From assembly GCA_021740585.1 (NCBI GenBank), contig JAIOZM010000057.1, forward strand, positions 1-26,514: DNA of 26,514 nt. Reading direction: 5' to 3'. A program made the position numbers and the translations under genes. The notes under the pieces are model-generated. The model did no database searches and was not told the DNA's origin. It saw nothing but the letters and a program-made list of their open reading frames with translations. Positions 24,396-26,514 of this stretch are shown in pieces; positions within the stretch are counted from its first letter, which is position 1; each line of letters begins with the position of its first letter. Source of the DNA: Bacteroidales bacterium. GTDB taxonomy: Bacteria > Bacteroidota > Bacteroidia > Bacteroidales > GCA-2748055.

Positions 24396-26514
24396 TTAAA
24401 ATTTATAACTCCAACTTATCGAAGGAATTACAGGAAACAATGAAACTAACTGCGGACTAACTTCCAGACTGTAATTATTAATATCTCCCGTGGTTTCAAA
24501 ATAAATATAGAAGGGATTTGCCCGGTTATATAAATTGTAGACAGAGAAATTCCAGGCCGCAATATTCCCATTCGGCTTAATATCTTCGCGGGTAAATGAA
24601 ACATCCATTCTGTTATAGGCGGGCATTCTGAAAGAATTTACCTCACCATAATCGTTCAAAATATTTCCCTGAATAATATATCTCGATTCAGGAATGGTTA
24701 AGGCATTACCCGAAACAAATATAAATACCATGGATGCACTCCATTTATCATTCAATTCCCTCATAAGTGCAAGAGAAAAGTCATGACGCCTATCGTGCTT
24801 CGCCGGATACAGCTTACCTTCATTAATCTCTTCGAAAACCTTCTCGGTGCGGGCTAATGCGTAACTAATCCATCCGGTAACAGCTCCGTTTTTCTTTCGC
24901 AAATAAAGTTCAGCACCATAAGACCGCCCCATTCCTTTGGCAATATTATCTTCAAGGGTCATATTAACGGAATTAGTAATTACACCCCTGACAAATTCCA
25001 GCTGATTGTTTGAATGTTTATAATATACTTCCAGGGAAGATTCATAGTTATTCTGGCAGAAGTTGCGATAATAACCAAGACTAAACTGACTTCCGGTTTG
25101 GGGAAGAATATCTTTTGAGCTGGGAAGCCAGATATCTGTAGGCAGGGAAACGGAGGAAGATGTGGCAAGGTGAATATACTGAGCCATCCGCATGTAAGAA
25201 GCTTTAAGGGAACTTTCATTATTCAATGTATACTTTAAGGACAACCTGGGCTCAGGTTCGTGATAAAGAATCATACTTTCGCCTTCACTAAAAACAATGG
25301 AATCGCTTGTGTTATTGTATTCATTCTTAATGTATTCCTTGTATGGGCCTATCTGGTTAAACAAAGAGTAACGGATTCCGGCACTAAAGGAAAAATTGCC
25401 AAAAGAATACTCATAATCAGAAAATACAGCCGCTTCGTATGCATGCAGGGGATTGAAACTAAGGAAATCAATTATAAAATTACCTGCTTCTGCATCTATC
25501 TCATTGGGCAGAAAATTATGTTTGGTAAATTCAAAACCGGCAAATACTTTTTTATTCTCCTTTACCAATGTCATCATGGATTTATAGCGAATATTTTTAG
25601 CCATGGAATTCATTTCAAACGCATATAATGATTGACTACCCATAAGGCCAAACTGATAATGTGTTATAGAAATGAAATTACTCCACGAAAGCGACTCGTT
25701 AAAGCTGTGGAACCAACGAAAAGAACCAACGGTATTACCCCAATCCAGATTATTTTCAAGTGAAATTTCATCACGGTGGAAATTATAATAATCCATTCCC
25801 CTGAAAAAAGAAAGCGATAAATGATCCTTTGTGCCAATTCTGTAATTAACACCTGCATTATAATCGTAGAAATAATAATCGCTGTTCCTGAAGAATGGTG
25901 ATGCATCTTCAAGGATAGGTTTCATAAGAGGTTTTATGAGAACATCAAAATACGTTCTTCGGCCGGCAACATAAAAACTCCCTTTTCCTTTATTAAACGA
26001 ACGATTTACCATAAACCTGGAAGATATTATCCCTATCTCAGCCTTCAACTCCAGGGAATCACTCTCACCTTTAATAGAATTGACCTGAACAAGTGATGAC
26101 AATCTTTCACCGTAACGAGCAGGTATACCGCTCTTTAGGAGGTTTACATCATTAATAACATCGGGGTGAAAAACCGAGAAAAATCCCATCAGATGCCCGG
26201 GATTATACACCGGAGCGTTATTAAATAAGACCAGGTTCTGATCAACATTTCCACCCCTGACATAAAAGCCTACTCCACCTTCTGTTCCCGACTGAACACC
26301 TGGGGTTAATTGAAGAAATCGGATCGGATCGGCCTCACCCAGAAAACCTGGTAAGGAAGAAATATCCATCTGATTCAGAATTATTTCTCCCATATAAAGG
26401 GATGAAACTATATCCTGCTCTTTACTGCTAAAAACAGAAGTTTCTTCAATATTCACGCTTTGAGAGATGAGATGGAAATCAAGAAGCTTATCGCCATTAA
26501 TAATCAAACTGGTA
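24396..26514 (-). CDS. TonB-dependent-receptor-like outer-membrane beta-barrel (plug + barrel), 5' end lies beyond the window
   Basis: At least 703 aa in-window. The reading frame is still open at the window edge: the first in-window codon is TTG, not ATG, and there is no signal peptide. So the true N-terminus is upstream of 26514. The plug-domain region is LTPGVQSGTEGGVGFYVRGGNVDQNLVLFNNAPVYN. The C-terminus ends ...ISWSYKF with a terminal aromatic, typical of OM beta-barrels. Confidence 0.8.
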   Translation of the reverse strand, partial: TSLIINGDKLLDFHLISQSVNIEETSVFSSKEQDIVSSLYMGEIILNQMDISSLPGFLGEADPIRFLQLTPGVQSGTEGGVGFYVRGGNVDQNLVLFNNAPVYNPGHLMGFFSVFHPDVINDVNLLKSGIPARYGERLSSLVQVNSIKGESDSLELKAEIGIISSRFMVNRSFNKGKGSFYVAGRRTYFDVLIKPLMKPILEDASPFFRNSDYYFYDYNAGVNYRIGTKDHLSLSFFRGMDYYNFHRDEISLENNLDWGNTVGSFRWFHSFNESLSWSNFISITHYQFGLMGSQSLYAFEMNSMAKNIRYKSMMTLVKENKKVFAGFEFTKHNFLPNEIDAEAGNFIIDFLSFNPLHAYEAAVFSDYEYSFGNFSFSAGIRYSLFNQIGPYKEYIKNEYNNTSDSIVFSEGESMILYHEPEPRLSLKYTLNNESSLKASYMRMAQYIHLATSSSVSLPTDIWLPSSKDILPQTGSQFSLGYYRNFCQNNYESSLEVYYKHSNNQLEFVRGVITNSVNMTLEDNIAKGMGRSYGAELYLRKKNGAVTGWISYALARTEKVFEEINEGKLYPAKHDRRHDFSLALMRELNDKWSASMVFIFVSGNALTIPESRYIIQGNILNDYGEVNSFRMPAYNRMDVSFTREDIKPNGNIAAWNFSVYNLYNRANPFYIYFETTGDINNYSLEVSPQLVSLFPVIPSISWSYKF

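Overview
This window reads as an AT-rich (about 35-40% GC) Bacteroidota chromosomal segment. That placement is inferred from a T9SS C-terminal sorting domain, a TonB-dependent-receptor-like/DUF4249 gene pair, and lipoprotein signals. No rRNA, tRNA, CRISPR array, transposase, integrase or classic defence genes were recognised. The genes, left to right, are as follows. (1) A GH43 beta-xylosidase/arabinofuranosidase on the minus strand. (2) A two-gene minus-strand operon that is the most unusual locus here: a ~350-aa polytopic membrane protein translationally coupled (ATGA overlap) to an 883-aa fusion protein. The fusion has an ~8-TM N-terminal domain with a cytochrome-bd-subunit-I-like signature, a class-I monoheme cytochrome c domain, and a C-terminal heptaheme domain, giving 8 CxxCH motifs in total. 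(3) A 480-nt divergent intergenic region carrying a ~120-nt GC-rich imperfect palindrome. (4) A CaCA-family Ca2+/cation antiporter. (5) A GNAT-acetyltransferase/carbon-nitrogen-hydrolase fusion and a YfcH-type epimerase. (6) A tightly packed plus-strand operon: Blc lipocalin, DUF2177, Dak2-DegV fusion, DUF1295, SRPBCC, and a pyrimidine-dimer DNA glycosylase. Its gene gaps are 8-35 nt and the last pair overlaps by 4 nt. It looks like a membrane-lipid/photo-oxidative or UV damage module. (7) A T9SS cargo protein with a lone CxxCH motif. (8) An SGNH-esterase fusion. (9) A flotillin/NfeD pair. (10) A membrane-anchored EFR1-type flavodoxin-ferredoxin followed by a bidirectional terminator. (11) A very acidic lipoprotein. 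(12) An intergenic region with a strong bidirectional terminator, extra hairpins and 2-3 tandem ~52-nt repeats. (13) A DUF4249 lipoprotein plus a TonB-dependent-receptor-like barrel that runs off the window edge. All functional calls are from motif recognition by eye; no database search was run.
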